The position numbers were made by a program, and so were the translations under genes. DNA of 63,992 bases, the filler included, from Basidiobolus ranarum (lineage: Eukaryota), in assembly GCA_040143965.1 (NCBI GenBank). It is 4 parts of 4 records of this genome, joined end to end, with 100 filler letters (N's around TTAATTAATTAA, not from the genome) between each part and the next. Parts side by side here need not be neighbours in the genome. Positions count along the whole stretch, not along the records: positions 1 to 16,695 come from JASJQH010007209.1; positions 16,796 to 33,434 come from JASJQH010007211.1; 2 more parts are not named here. One strand, 5' to 3'. Positions 11,460-23,000 of the stretch are shown in pieces. How positions within the stretch are numbered: the first letter of the stretch is position 1; each line of letters starts with the position of its first letter. The notes under the pieces were generated by a model that did no database searches, had not been told where the DNA came from, and saw only the letters and a list, made by a program, of their open reading frames with translations.

Positions 11460-12907
11460 ATGGGTGAAGAATATCGAATTCTGGAATTCTATAGTGGAAT
11501 TGGTATGAACTTGTCTCTTTAGAAACTATTTGTAACCACTACATACTGATTCTTATGGCCCGGTTTTCTATCTTCATTTTGTAATTAATAAAGGTGGAAT
11601 GGTAAATTTTATGTGCTTATTTTTCTGTGAAAGTTTTCGGAAAGTAGAAAGTTTACCTTAGGTTTCTCTCTTAGCACTATGCTTTCCAAAAAACTGGCAA
11701 ATCTGGACGAGTTCTCAAAGCTTTTGATATCAATACTACTGCAAATAATATATATCTGCACAATTTCCCCGACAAAAATAAGCTTGCTCAGGTTCCTTCC
11801 TTTAATTTATTTCTCGATCGTTTATCACATTCTAAACTTTTCTCTTTAGCGCAACATTGAAGCTTTACCCTATTCGTTTTATGAAAAACTTGATGCCAAT
11901 GTGTATTTGATGTCTCCACCGTGTCAGCCCGTAATATAACGTTTTTGTATAACATGCTATAAATACTTTATTGATATTGGATATTCTCCCACAAAGTATA
12001 CTAGAACAGGGCTGCAAAATGGCTCTAACGACCCACGTGCGAAGAGTTTTCTGTTTTTAATTGAAATGCTTGGTAAAATGAAGAATCCACCCGAGTATGT
12101 GCTAGTTGAAAATGTCAAAGGATTTGAGGTAAGACCTAGTATACTTGACCTTGACTTGAAGATTTCTAAACCTGTTTCTTGATTTAGACCTCAGACACTC
12201 GTCAATTACTTGTTGATCAACTAATTAAATGCAACTATACCTACCAAGAGCTACTCCTTACTCCACTACAATTTGGAATACCCAATTCTCGACTTCGATA
12301 CTACCTTGTGGCCAAGCTCTCTCCCAAGAAGTTTAAATTCGAAGCGAATGGTCTTATGTATGCGATGCCGGAACTAATAAACCAAGACCCTGATTGCTTA
12401 AAATCTACCGACTTCGAAAGCCAACGTGGAGACAGTAAAGGGGTCCTACCTATCACAGATTTTCTTGAAAAGCAAACAAGTGATGATTTAGCATCATACA
12501 TGGTCAAAGATTCCTTACTTTTGAAGCATGGCTACGTGTTTGATGTCATTAAGCCATCTAGTCATCGTTCATGCTGCTTTACCAAAGGATACCATCACTA
12601 TGCCGAGGCTACCGGTTCCATTTTACAAATGAACGAGGAACTTGATATCCAAGAAGTATTCTTGGCTAATGGGATTGACAAAAACCGCAAGGAGAACCCT
12701 ACTCTCAGCAGTGAACAATCGTCAAATCTATCTGACTTACAGCTCCGCTACCTCACTGAAAGGGAAATTGCAAATCTTATGGGATTCCCCTCGCATTTTA
12801 AGTTCCCAGAGGACGCAACTCTCAAGCAGAGATACAGAGCCTTGGGAAACAGTCTCAACGTGACAGTTGTATCCGAACTCATCAAATATTTGCTAGATGA
12901 CCAATGA
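11460..12907 (+). CDS. DNMT2: tRNA (cytosine-38-C5) methyltransferase Dnmt2, multi-exon
   Basis: Spliced motif I ILEFYSGIGGMHYA, motif IV MSPPCQPYTR, ENVKGF, QFGIPNSRLRYY, Dnmt2-diagnostic CFTKGY, motif X LGNSLNV. Confidence 0.93.
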
Positions 12908-13360
12908 GTCTATAGGTCACTCTAACTCTTGTGATTTCGTATGGATGTATCTATATACTATATAATAAAGAGATGTAGAATTACAATCTGCAGCTAGTAT
13001 ATTCGTACTGAACCGTAGCTTCAATTCTATGTAGAATTGTAGTCTTCATTGTAGCTTTCATTGTTAGATGCTTGATCTAAATTGGTCACACATTGAAAAT
13101 CAAAATTTGTCAAAAAAAGATCAGGAAAAAAATCATACATCACGTGGATAGTAAATTTCAATGGTTTACTGGTAGAAATGGCAACAAACTGAATCAAGTG
13201 AACCTTCTTTCCCTGTTGAATCTAAACTTTTAGTTGCTTGGTAAGCGTCCACTTTACTTACGCCGTGTGATTTTAGAGCATCCATCTGTCATTGAAGGGC
13301 GCATATCCACATCGAAATAGTATCTAATGACTTCTCTATATTATAAATAGATCGAGGAAC

Positions 13361-13960
13361 ATGGCTCTTCCAGCTGAAATTACCGGAGATGTTCAAAGCA
13401 TCATGCTTTTCAACAAGTGGTCATATGAAGACCTCGAAATCAAGGATATCTCCTTGACCGACTATCTTCAAATTAGAGCTCCCGTATACTTGCCTCACAC
13501 TGCTGGTAGATATGCTACCAAGAAGTTCAGAAAGGCTCAATGCCCTATTGTTGAACGTTTGACCAACTCTCTTATGATGCACGGTCGTAACAACGGCAAA
13601 AAGCTCATGGCTGTCCGTATTGTTAAGCACGCTTTTGAAATTGTCCACCTTCTTACCGACCAAAACCCTCTTCAAGTTCTTATTGATGCCATCATCAACA
13701 GTGGTCCTCGTGAAGACTCTACCCGTATCGGTAGCTCTGGTACTGTTCGTAGACAAGCCGTCGATGTTTCTCCTTTGAGAAGAGTCAACCAAGCTGTTCA
13801 TCTTTTGACCACTGGTACTCGTGAATCTGCTTTCAGAAACGTTAAGACCATTGCCGAATGTTTGGCTGATGAGCTTATCAATGCTGCCAAGGGTTCTGCC
13901 AACAGTTATGCTATCAAGAAGAAGGATGAATTAGAGCGTGTTGCCAAGAGTAACCGTTAA
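13361..13960 (+). CDS. RPS5: 40S ribosomal protein S5 (uS7)
   Basis: [45 protein letters not shown]; 5'UTR intron about 13241-13350. Confidence 0.98.
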   Translation: MALPAEITGDVQSIMLFNKWSYEDLEIKDISLTDYLQIRAPVYLPHTAGRYATKKFRKAQCPIVERLTNSLMMHGRNNGKKLMAVRIVKHAFEIVHLLTDQNPLQVLIDAIINSGPREDSTRIGSSGTVRRQAVDVSPLRRVNQAVHLLTTGTRESAFRNVKTIAECLADELINAAKGSANSYAIKKKDELERVAKSNR

Positions 13961-14193
13961 TCGTTTTTTACTTACCATTCACGCCCATATAATGGTTGTC
14001 ACGTATTTGTATCTTGCAATACAGCCAACCCCTTTGTAGATTCCAAGATAATAAAATTCTTCAAATCAACTCGACTCTTTTTGCCCTTATCATTGCTAGA
14101 TACTCAATCACGTTTCATTTTTTTTACTACTGAATATTAGTTTGACATAAGAAAGTCCTTTTGAAATACCTACTACTAGTGGTTTCGTTGAGA

Positions 14194-14589
14194 ATGGGTA
14201 ATATATATGTCTAGTATAATTGAAGAGAAAAGAAGCTTCTCTTTGGACTTCAAAGATTACTGACTAATCTCTATACCTTATGATAATTAGAAATATTTTG
14301 TTCGGCCTCTACCTCTCACAATATGTTTTTCGAGGAACTTCAAGAGGTGGAGGACTGTCTATCTATCGTTGAGGAAAGCAGTCAACGGAGAAGTTCACGT
14401 AGAGGAATACTTTCTGATTCATTCATATTGACGTTGGCTTTATTTAAATTAAATATATAGTGTACTAACAGGGCGAAGTGTGCTTCTTTCAGGTGTGTAA
14501 ACTCTTCCGTTGAATATGATAGAAATTGTCGCACTGATAGCCATAGGTTACTTCAAAGCTCATTGCTGAGCTGTGGTTCAGTGGAGTAA
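14194..14589 (+). CDS. Possible small 3-exon gene (80 aa), no recognised family
   Basis: Exons 14194-14197, 14291-14432 and 14493-14589 join in frame; both introns are GT-AG with branch-like GACTAAT and TACTAAC. No homology recognised. Confidence 0.3.
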
Positions 14590-15504
14590 TATAGAAACCA
14601 CTATTGAGTAGCTCCTCCTCTGTTTTCTTTAATATTGACTTGCTGTATGATGTATACTATGTTTCAACAAATTATTATATTTGTATGTTGTATGTATACT
14701 TTGTCAAATATGGCTCCTGCTAGTTCACACACAATACACCTTCATTAATCTGTATATTTTTGCAGCTTCAAATGCGAATCAATATTAGGAGAAAAACTAT
14801 CGAATTCATTCATATCGATGCTTAAATCCAAATATTCTCACCACTGTACAAACTTAGGCGATCACTTTCCAATACGACTTCAAAATGCTTACCTTACTAA
14901 CAAAGATCTGATGCCACATCTTTCTATTTCATTGGCTTTATAACACCAAGGTTTCATGAGAGCTGATCGTGTTGGTGGTGTCTGATGATTGGCTTGTAGA
15001 TTGAGAAAGGGGAATGCTGGCAATACAAGCATGGGCAGCCAGTTCAGGTTAATTTCCGGCTTCATACGAATCAGTCATTTATGCAGTTCTTTTTGAAGGC
15101 AAACTAATCAACTCTGTCAATGAACTCAACATCACCCAGTCAAAGGTATCGCATCATTCCCGTAATTGGCTCCTACTTGAGACTGCGAAATCAGTAAGCC
15201 ACCATATACATACAAAGAGGTCATGTATCATATATAAAGCGGGATGAAATAAGCTCTAGCTCTTCAATTCGTAACACTCCTTAGCGTAGTCTCCTGCGAT
15301 TCTTGCACCTCCCCTGAAGGTCAACATCATAACTGGTTTTAATTTTCCTCTGATCTCCTTATATTTTCTCACCAGCCAGGAAACTTGTTCTTTCAAACTT
15401 CTTGTTTTGAGATAACCTGCGTTGAGCTTCCACTTCTCCTTAGAAAGTTGACTTTGTAACTTCCAACCTCTCTAAAAAAATCCCCTTTATCCAAAAACTA
15501 CGTT

Positions 15505-16388
15505 ATGGATGTCATAAAGCAAATAACTTCCACTGCTGAGGATACCATTAATCGGTTCTCAGCTCCTATCAAACCCTATATTCCCGTCATAGCACGTTTC
15601 TTGCTTGTCGTGACTTTTCTTGAGGATTCACTGCGTATTATGTTTCAATGGTCTGAACAATTAAGATACCTCAACAAATTCCGTGGATTTATGTGGGGCT
15701 TTAATCATTTGTTTCTTGCAACGAATGTCGCGGTATAGTAGAGACCAAAGCCATAACCAATGAATAATTCCATATACTTATAAGTTTATCTATTTTTTAG
15801 GTTATGCTTGCTGGTTCGATATTAGCCATTTCAAAGAAACATACGGAATATGCAGTTATGGGACTTTTTGGAGTAGTGATATCTCAAACTTTAGGCTATG
15901 GTCTATTATTTGATTTCAACTTCTTCCTTCGTAATTTATCAGTTATTGGTGGTTTACTGATGCTCTTAGCGGATGCTCTTAACAAACGTAAGTCCTTCTT
16001 TCCGGGACTTCCATCTGTTGCTGAGATAGATAGGTCTACCTATTTTCAATTGGCAGGTAGAGTTCTTTTGATCTTCTTATTCTTATCGTTTGTATTTGCT
16101 GGAGAAATGACTCCACTACGTCTTGGTGTATCAGTTATCTCCTTCATCGCTTGTATTATGGTCATTATTGGATTCAAAGCCAAATGGTCGGCCATGTTTA
16201 TGGTGTTATTCTTGAGTATCTCTAATGTTGTCTTTAACAATTGGTGGAGTATTCATCATAATCATCCTACTCGTGATTTCGTAAAGTATGATTTCTTTCA
16301 AACTTTAAGTATCATGGGTGGACTCATGTTATTGGTTAGTATGGGTCCTGGTGGTCTCTCGGTGGACGAAAAGAAAAAGGAATACTAG
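15505..16388 (+). CDS. ERV29: SURF4/Erv29 ER cargo receptor
   Basis: ARFLLVVTFLEDSLRI, FFLRNLSVIGGLLML, KYDFFQTLSIMGGL, GPGGLSVDEKKKEY (KKxx-type signal); one intron. Confidence 0.96.
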
Positions 16389-16523
16389 GGAGAATCTCCA
16401 CTCGATTATCATGCTACAGTTCCGAATAATTTCATCGGTATCCCCGTATCCATTACCCCTCATCTATGTAAAGTAGAGATATTAAAGAACCTATTTTCCT
16501 ATGTTCACTCACATACTTCGTTT

Positions 16524-16616
16524 ATGCAGATACGTTGATGCGGATACATTGATGCAGATACGTTGATGCGGATACATTGATGCAGATACGTTGATGCGGA
16601 TACATTGATGCAGATA
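16524..16616. repeat. Tandem repeat, 28 bp x 3.3 (two alternating 14-bp variants)
   Basis: ATGCAGATACGTTG/ATGCGGATACATTG repeated. Confidence 0.92.
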
Positions 16617-16695
16617 AAATAGTTTATTAGGTTAAATGTTGATGATTTATCAAACCATGAAACAGATTAAAGAATGTGAAAATGAATCCTTAGGA

Positions 16696-16795
16696 NNNNN
16701 NNNNNNNNNNNNNNNNNNNNNNNNNNNNNNNNNNNNNNNTTAATTAATTAANNNNNNNNNNNNNNNNNNNNNNNNNNNNNNNNNNNNNNNNNNNN
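16696..16795. other. Artificial contig linker
   Basis: N44-TTAATTAATTAA-N44 (stop codons in six frames). Confidence 0.97.
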
Positions 16796-17790
16796 TTGAT
16801 AGACACCTGTCAGTCCATTACAAAACCCTACTCATCACCATTTACAAAGGCTGTAACTAGATACTGACTAAAGCTGGTAGAATGCAGCATATGTGACGAG
16901 ATACTCGCCTATCAGCCACTAGGCCAGAAGCAGCAAAGCTACCGTGATGCACAGTGTAAGTGTAAGTAAAGAATGTACCAAAAACCTCAACTCTATCCAG
17001 TCAGCAAGTACCTTGTATGAAGGGTGGGCGACCAATGATATGTGACATGGAGATAGAGATGGTCAGAGTAGAGCTGAGTTGAATGATCTAGAATGGTAAT
17101 TTTACTACACCTACAGATGTATATGGTGTGATGAGTATGGTAAGACTGTGCGCATAGTGTGGTATCATTCAATTCCAAATACAATCGAAGCAAGATGAGA
17201 ACTGAAGTACGAAAGATGGGAAAGTGGTGGTTAATAATAACGTAGGCAATTGAAAATAGTATATACCAAAATCAACACCTATCAAGGCTGAAAACACAAG
17301 TGAGAGATGACCCTACCACCCTACCTAATGGTAAGCACTAATACAAACTATGATGAGGAATAGTATAATATGGAAGACCAGCATGACAATAAAACATTGG
17401 CATAATCGGAAAGTGTAGGAAGGCCAGGTGGCGTCGTAGGTGAGGCCAAAGAGGACCAAAATAGTTTAATGAGATGGAGTTACTAATTTTGATTTCACTA
17501 ACCTTAGTTAGATGGTGAGAACATGTAGATTACTATTATGGCTTTAAATAGCACAGGTGCCATTGAACAGTGTTTAGGGTACCAATATAGATACGAACAT
17601 CTCGTTTTCGCAACAAATCAATATTTGAAATTCTGTACCTCAATAAGGCCAAGTTGCTACAGAATCTAACTTATCAACAAACATAAACACAGTTCCAAAT
17701 TTAGTTGCAAGAGAAAGAGCTCTGGTTAATCAAATTGCACAGAATAGTAAATAAATGTATAAAATTGGATCTGTGACGAATACAAGTAAA

Positions 17791-18677
17791 TTACGAAATA
17801 TGTACAGGACGTGGTTTGTCAACATCTTCCTCAAATTCCATCTTAATCATTGAATTCAAGGTTGTGGGGAATAAATTCTTAGCCTTCAATAATTGGTCAA
17901 TAAGCCAGAATTGAAAGGTATTCATCACAAGTGGGAATACTAACATCACGATAACTACTTGTACCTTGGGGTTGTTTCTAAGGGAAGAAAGAACAAGGTG
18001 GGCTAGAACTAAGACATAGGGAATTAAAAATAATAGAATTATTATGCCTTTGTTTATGAGCGAAATGAAGATGAAGAGGCAAAGTTGTTTCAACCAGATT
18101 TGTACTTTGGGAGGATCTCCATACAGTCCGGAATACAATGACTGGAGCTTATACCGGTGAATAAGCACAGCAGATATCTTGAGAAGAACAAATAATGTTA
18201 CCACCCCGATAGTCGTATCTAATAAAACATTCGAGAAGTACCTAACCATAATCTTGAGTAATTAGAAACTTTCAATTTGTAGAAATAACTTACCATTCGC
18301 AAGGATTCATTTCCCTACGAGTTTCTCTATTTGAGTATGATATGGCAAGGTTAAGAAAATGAATGAAACCTGCTGCGAAAGCCTGTTTCGAGGTATCATA
18401 GAACCTGAAGGTGGATTTTAGTTGAAGGATATCATATCAAATTGTCCACTAGAGTAAAGGTACCAAACTAAAAGTGGTCTTCTTGGGTATTCATTATGCC
18501 TTTTGACTGTAGAAAAGATAAGGTTATTTGAAGAGTGATTACTACAATTGACTAGACCTTACTTAGTAAAGTGGATAACGATATCAAAGCCAAGATCCCC
18601 TGAATAACTAAAGCGAAGCTATCTGTGAGCGAGCAAGAGCCGATAGGCGTTGAGGCTGAAGGAATTGCTGGGGCCAT
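17791..18677 (-). CDS. STIMATE/TMEM110 (YPL162C-like) multipass membrane protein
   Basis: Spliced: CSLTDSFALVIQGILA...KRHNEYPRRPLLVWFYDTSKQ...NPCEWYFSNVLLDTTIGV...YGDPPK...FPLVMNTFQFWLIDQLLK. Confidence 0.85.
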
Positions 18678-20088
18678 TGGTTTATTTCGAGTAGAACCCT
18701 TAAGAGAGAGTTTGAGCCATTGATGTTATCGACATGGTATCTAGCGTCAAGACCTTTTCAACCTTCAAAAAGCTAAGCCCTATCCTAAATGGCTTTGACC
18801 TAACTCAGCCCACATATTGTCACGTAAATTGGATATATCACCTCAATTTACCTTGTTTTGAGTATCAATTTCATGTTGACTGTAGCTTCGACGGAGTATC
18901 AATTATTGACTGTAACTTCGACAACAACGCCATGCCACATAACTCATCACGGAAATGAAAACACGATGCGAGATGCTTATCCTAGTGTGTGATACACCCA
19001 GATTTGGTTGTTTACTTGTTTGACTATATCTGTCAGTAGTGCTGGGCTTTAAATACTAAAACGACAGAATGTTGTGAGCAAATCTTCTATTGCCTTCAAA
19101 ATGTTACTCAAATTTAATCTACAGTCTGCTAATGGCTTACCGGATTATAAAGTAAATTGGGGACCTAAATGCCAACCAATGCTAGGAATTTAATCTAATC
19201 AAACCAAATTGAGTTATACGCTTACTAACCCTTTACCATTAGCATGATGTTTAGATAGCCTCTACGCTGGCCCTACATGGGCTAAAAGTGTTTCCAGGGT
19301 CTAGGGTTTGGGTTGGATCTTATGGCAACAGGTCATTTTTATATGCAATATCTAACCCTAAGTGCTATCATAGTAGTAATTAGGGCTATTTTAGAAGTAT
19401 GTAAAGTTTAACCGTAGTAAAACTCGGTCAAAGAAATGGCGCTGAAAATAGTGCTCAAAACGATGCAATAGTGGATGATTTACGAAAATTATCCTTTTAT
19501 GTATATTTTATACAAGGATTTATCATTTAGTAATCAATGAAATCAATATGCCGATAATTAACGAATTACCCAAAGAGTAACCTTGTGCTTTTGTACTGGT
19601 GAGAACCTCGCTTTTCCTTTCGGTTGGTAACTCTCTGAACCTCGCACATCTCTATCCTCATTCTTCCACATCCCTGTTCAATCTCTCTTGTAAACCAGTC
19701 GCCACATATTTCCTTTTTTCTTTTACGCGAAACAGGTTCCTGACGCAGCTTGTTTGTAATCTGTGACTTGAATTCTTTTCTCCAAGTTCTGTTCTTTACC
19801 CACAAGGGTATGTTATCAATTTGTATTACTCTGACATTACTGTGTTATGGAATGAAAAGAAGAGCCTCATCTCGTCGAATATTAGCTCTAGTATTTCTTC
19901 AAAATTTGCCTTTTTAGCATCAATTCTTCAGCTACAGCATTTATTCTTTTTATCACTATTTGGATATATCGTGAGGCTTCATCAACTATAGTCTTTTCTT
20001 CCTTTAATTGTTTGAAGTTTGACACTGATCACCTTTAAGATAACACATAGACTAACGTAATACTCCTTTTCGTTCTTAGACTTTCGGA

Positions 20089-23000
20089 ATGAATGGAGAT
20101 ACAATATTAATACTATCGTTGATCAACCGTTTCGGCGTCAAGGTACTTGATTGACTGAAATATTCTTAAAAGTATTGTCAATTTATATATTAATATACTC
20201 TCTACCTTCTTTTATAGCTTCCTTGTAATAGTGGAAGGAAACTTGAGAATGTCGAAGCGGATCCTTTGGTTCAACAGACGATTCAGTCATTAGTTGACTT
20301 ATCGCAATACCGGCTTGGAGTCACTGCACACGCGCTAATGAACTTACTAGAAAGCATCAACAAGGTATTGGAATCCTTTTAACCGGAAGTGTACTATTTA
20401 AGCTATAGGATGTTAATTTTGGATTGAAATATAGTCACCTATGTTAATGAGTGAAGATACACCGCCAGTAGAATTATTACAATCTCAACTCTTTGTTTTG
20501 CGAGTTCTTGGATCTTGCATGGGCCATCACTGGAAATGTTATCGGGAGTGCAAGAGTACGACCAAGGAATCGGACCAACATTCTCAAGATGATTCTTCAC
20601 GTCCCAAGTGTGAGTCTCCAGAGACCATCACCAAACGAACAAGTAATAATCCATACGATTCAACGAGCGATCTAACATCATTCTCAAAGCACACTTCATC
20701 CATCGGAAGCTTTGAAACCAGTTTCCCTACTTTCATTTCAACCGAATCTCTCGAAGATCCGCCACCCCTGGAAGAGCCTTTGGCCAAATACATCTTAAGC
20801 ATTGTGTTTCGTTTCTTACAGCAATCCTCTGGTATGGATCTAACGGATATCAATGGTCAAATTAATGCACCCACTTTCTCAAACTTTTCCATGGGTTCCA
20901 TGGCTGCCACCACTCCTTCTCCATCAGCAGCACTTCATTCCTCTACCACCAGAATCTACGCCGACTTAATGAGTGGTATTCATCACGCCGCTGGGCATAT
21001 TTTGTTCTACATTAGCGCATCCAATTGGCCCATTGTTTATCAACGGATTAAAGCAAGGATGGGGATTCTTACCTCTACTAGCGACGAAAATGCCGAGATA
21101 TCAGAGTTGAAACTATTAGAATGGTGCAATCTAAACTCTCGAAGACTCTCAACAATTTTACAAGGTTTTTATTGTATATATGAGGCACGCGTTCTTCATG
21201 GTGTTTAACTGGGTTTATTTCCCACTTTTAGAGTTATGTGTTGTCTTTTTGCAATTCAAGCGTCCTGCCCAAATGGACATGGCGGTCATATTAAGAAAAG
21301 CAATCTGGAATTTTATAGAAATCTACCCCATGGACTTTATTGCTTTATGTCAAAGTGAAAGACGTTTAGAAGGTGAGTGATTCTAACATATTTGCAAGAT
21401 TCGGGTCCTTCATCACCGCGTCACTTACTAATATACATCTTGCTGAACTAAGGTGGACCAGAGATTTTATTTGATGTCTGTAATTCCCTTGCAGACAGCA
21501 ATAAGCGTAAGATGGTTTTATGGCCACTTCAAGTAATGCTTCTTACCTTGTGTCCTGATATTCTTATGGTGGTGGCTTTATCGGATGAAGGTGCAAATAA
21601 GAAGGCTCAATTCTACGACAACCTTAGAAAGTCACTAAGGAGTTCCCGTCTAGCTGAAGTGGCGGCCATTTCGTTTGTAGATATATGTAAAGCTTCCACG
21701 TATGTTTCCAAAGTTGAAAATACCGCATTGAAGTTACTCGTACCAGAGATCGAAAGTGAATTAAGAGAGAAACTATTCGATCCTCAAAAGCCCTTCCTCA
21801 ATTCGGACAATGTAATTGATCAGAAGCTGATGACCGATTGTCTCACTGCTCTGTTTCGTTTAAACCCTGAACATGCTTTGAGATCATTGATTCCAATATG
21901 TTTGCAACTGAACGCACCTATTGCGTTTAGGTTGGTGCTGGTAAAAACATGTTACACCATCGCTTCGGAAAGTCACTTGCCTTGGAACCCTAGTATCTCC
22001 ACTATGTATTCCACTATCGCATCTCCGTTAAGACAACTATTCCAAGAAAACATTGCACGAGAAAGACCGGACATCAAGAAATCTCTCGACCGTAAAGCCC
22101 GGAAATCTCAATTGGAAGAGGCAAATGATAGATTTGAGATTGTCCTTAACTTATTGAAACTATACCGTACTGATCCCATGTTGGCGATAGTGAGTGAAGA
22201 TGCGGATACTCAATGCGAGGAAAATCGACTGTTGTTGATAGGAATCACCAGCTTTCTTCAGGAAACTAATGTTGCAATCAGAACTAATGCAGCAGAAGCT
22301 TTACTCGAATTACATCAGTGCACATACATCGAGCAATGGAGCCCCACTAGTATGATGAAGGCATTCTGGACCATCAGTTCGCAAGTCATGTTGACTATAG
22401 CCAGACAAATGTTGGATTATAAAGAGAGAGACGAAGGCATTAGATTCACTCTGGAGCTAATTAATCAACTTCTAATCCGTAGAAACGATTTCTTGAGAAA
22501 ACATCAAGACCAGGCTATGGAGGGTGCGGATGCGGTTGACCGTGTCAACGCAAGTATCTGGTTGGAGGTCGCACTCTTAATTTCCCTCTGTTCACCTGAA
22601 ACGGAGATTTGTTCGTTGGCCTTGAAATGTCTTAGTCACCTTTGTGTTGAAGCAGATATCACAGAAGAGATTGAAGATGCACAACATTCACTACTGACTA
22701 TTATTGAAAATCACGAAGTCTACAGAGAGTTATCTTCTGAAGGAGCCTTCGTTACTGGAAGAGTAGCACAGCAAAAAAGAATTCGCCGTATGTTACGTCA
22801 GATCGTAAATCGTACAGATGGTAATCTAGCTGCTTGTGAAGAGGCCTACAGGCGTTGGAGAATGCTCATGCAGAATATCGCTCGTCCACCTGATGAAGCT
22901 CAACCTGAGCAACAAGATACTCGACGCCGAGTAGCTGGAGTCTTTTATGAGAAGTTAACCAACGCTACAAAGTCTATCGTCAATGTGCAGCCTAGCGAAC

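Noticed and set aside
11460-12907. DNA methyltransferase explaining the CpG loss, or a restriction-modification system
   Set aside because: The CFTxxY motif and small size identify Dnmt2, which is primarily a tRNA methyltransferase.
16740-16751. Recurrent TTAATTAATTAA as a biological motif
   Set aside because: Always centred in N-runs; it is an assembly linker.
16796-17480. Possible TE or LTR remnant at the contig start
   Set aside because: No recognisable protein motif, terminal repeat or second copy in the window.
19220-19390. Telomere-like CTAACCC/TTAGGG/TTTGGG words
   Set aside because: Scattered, in mixed orientation and not tandem.
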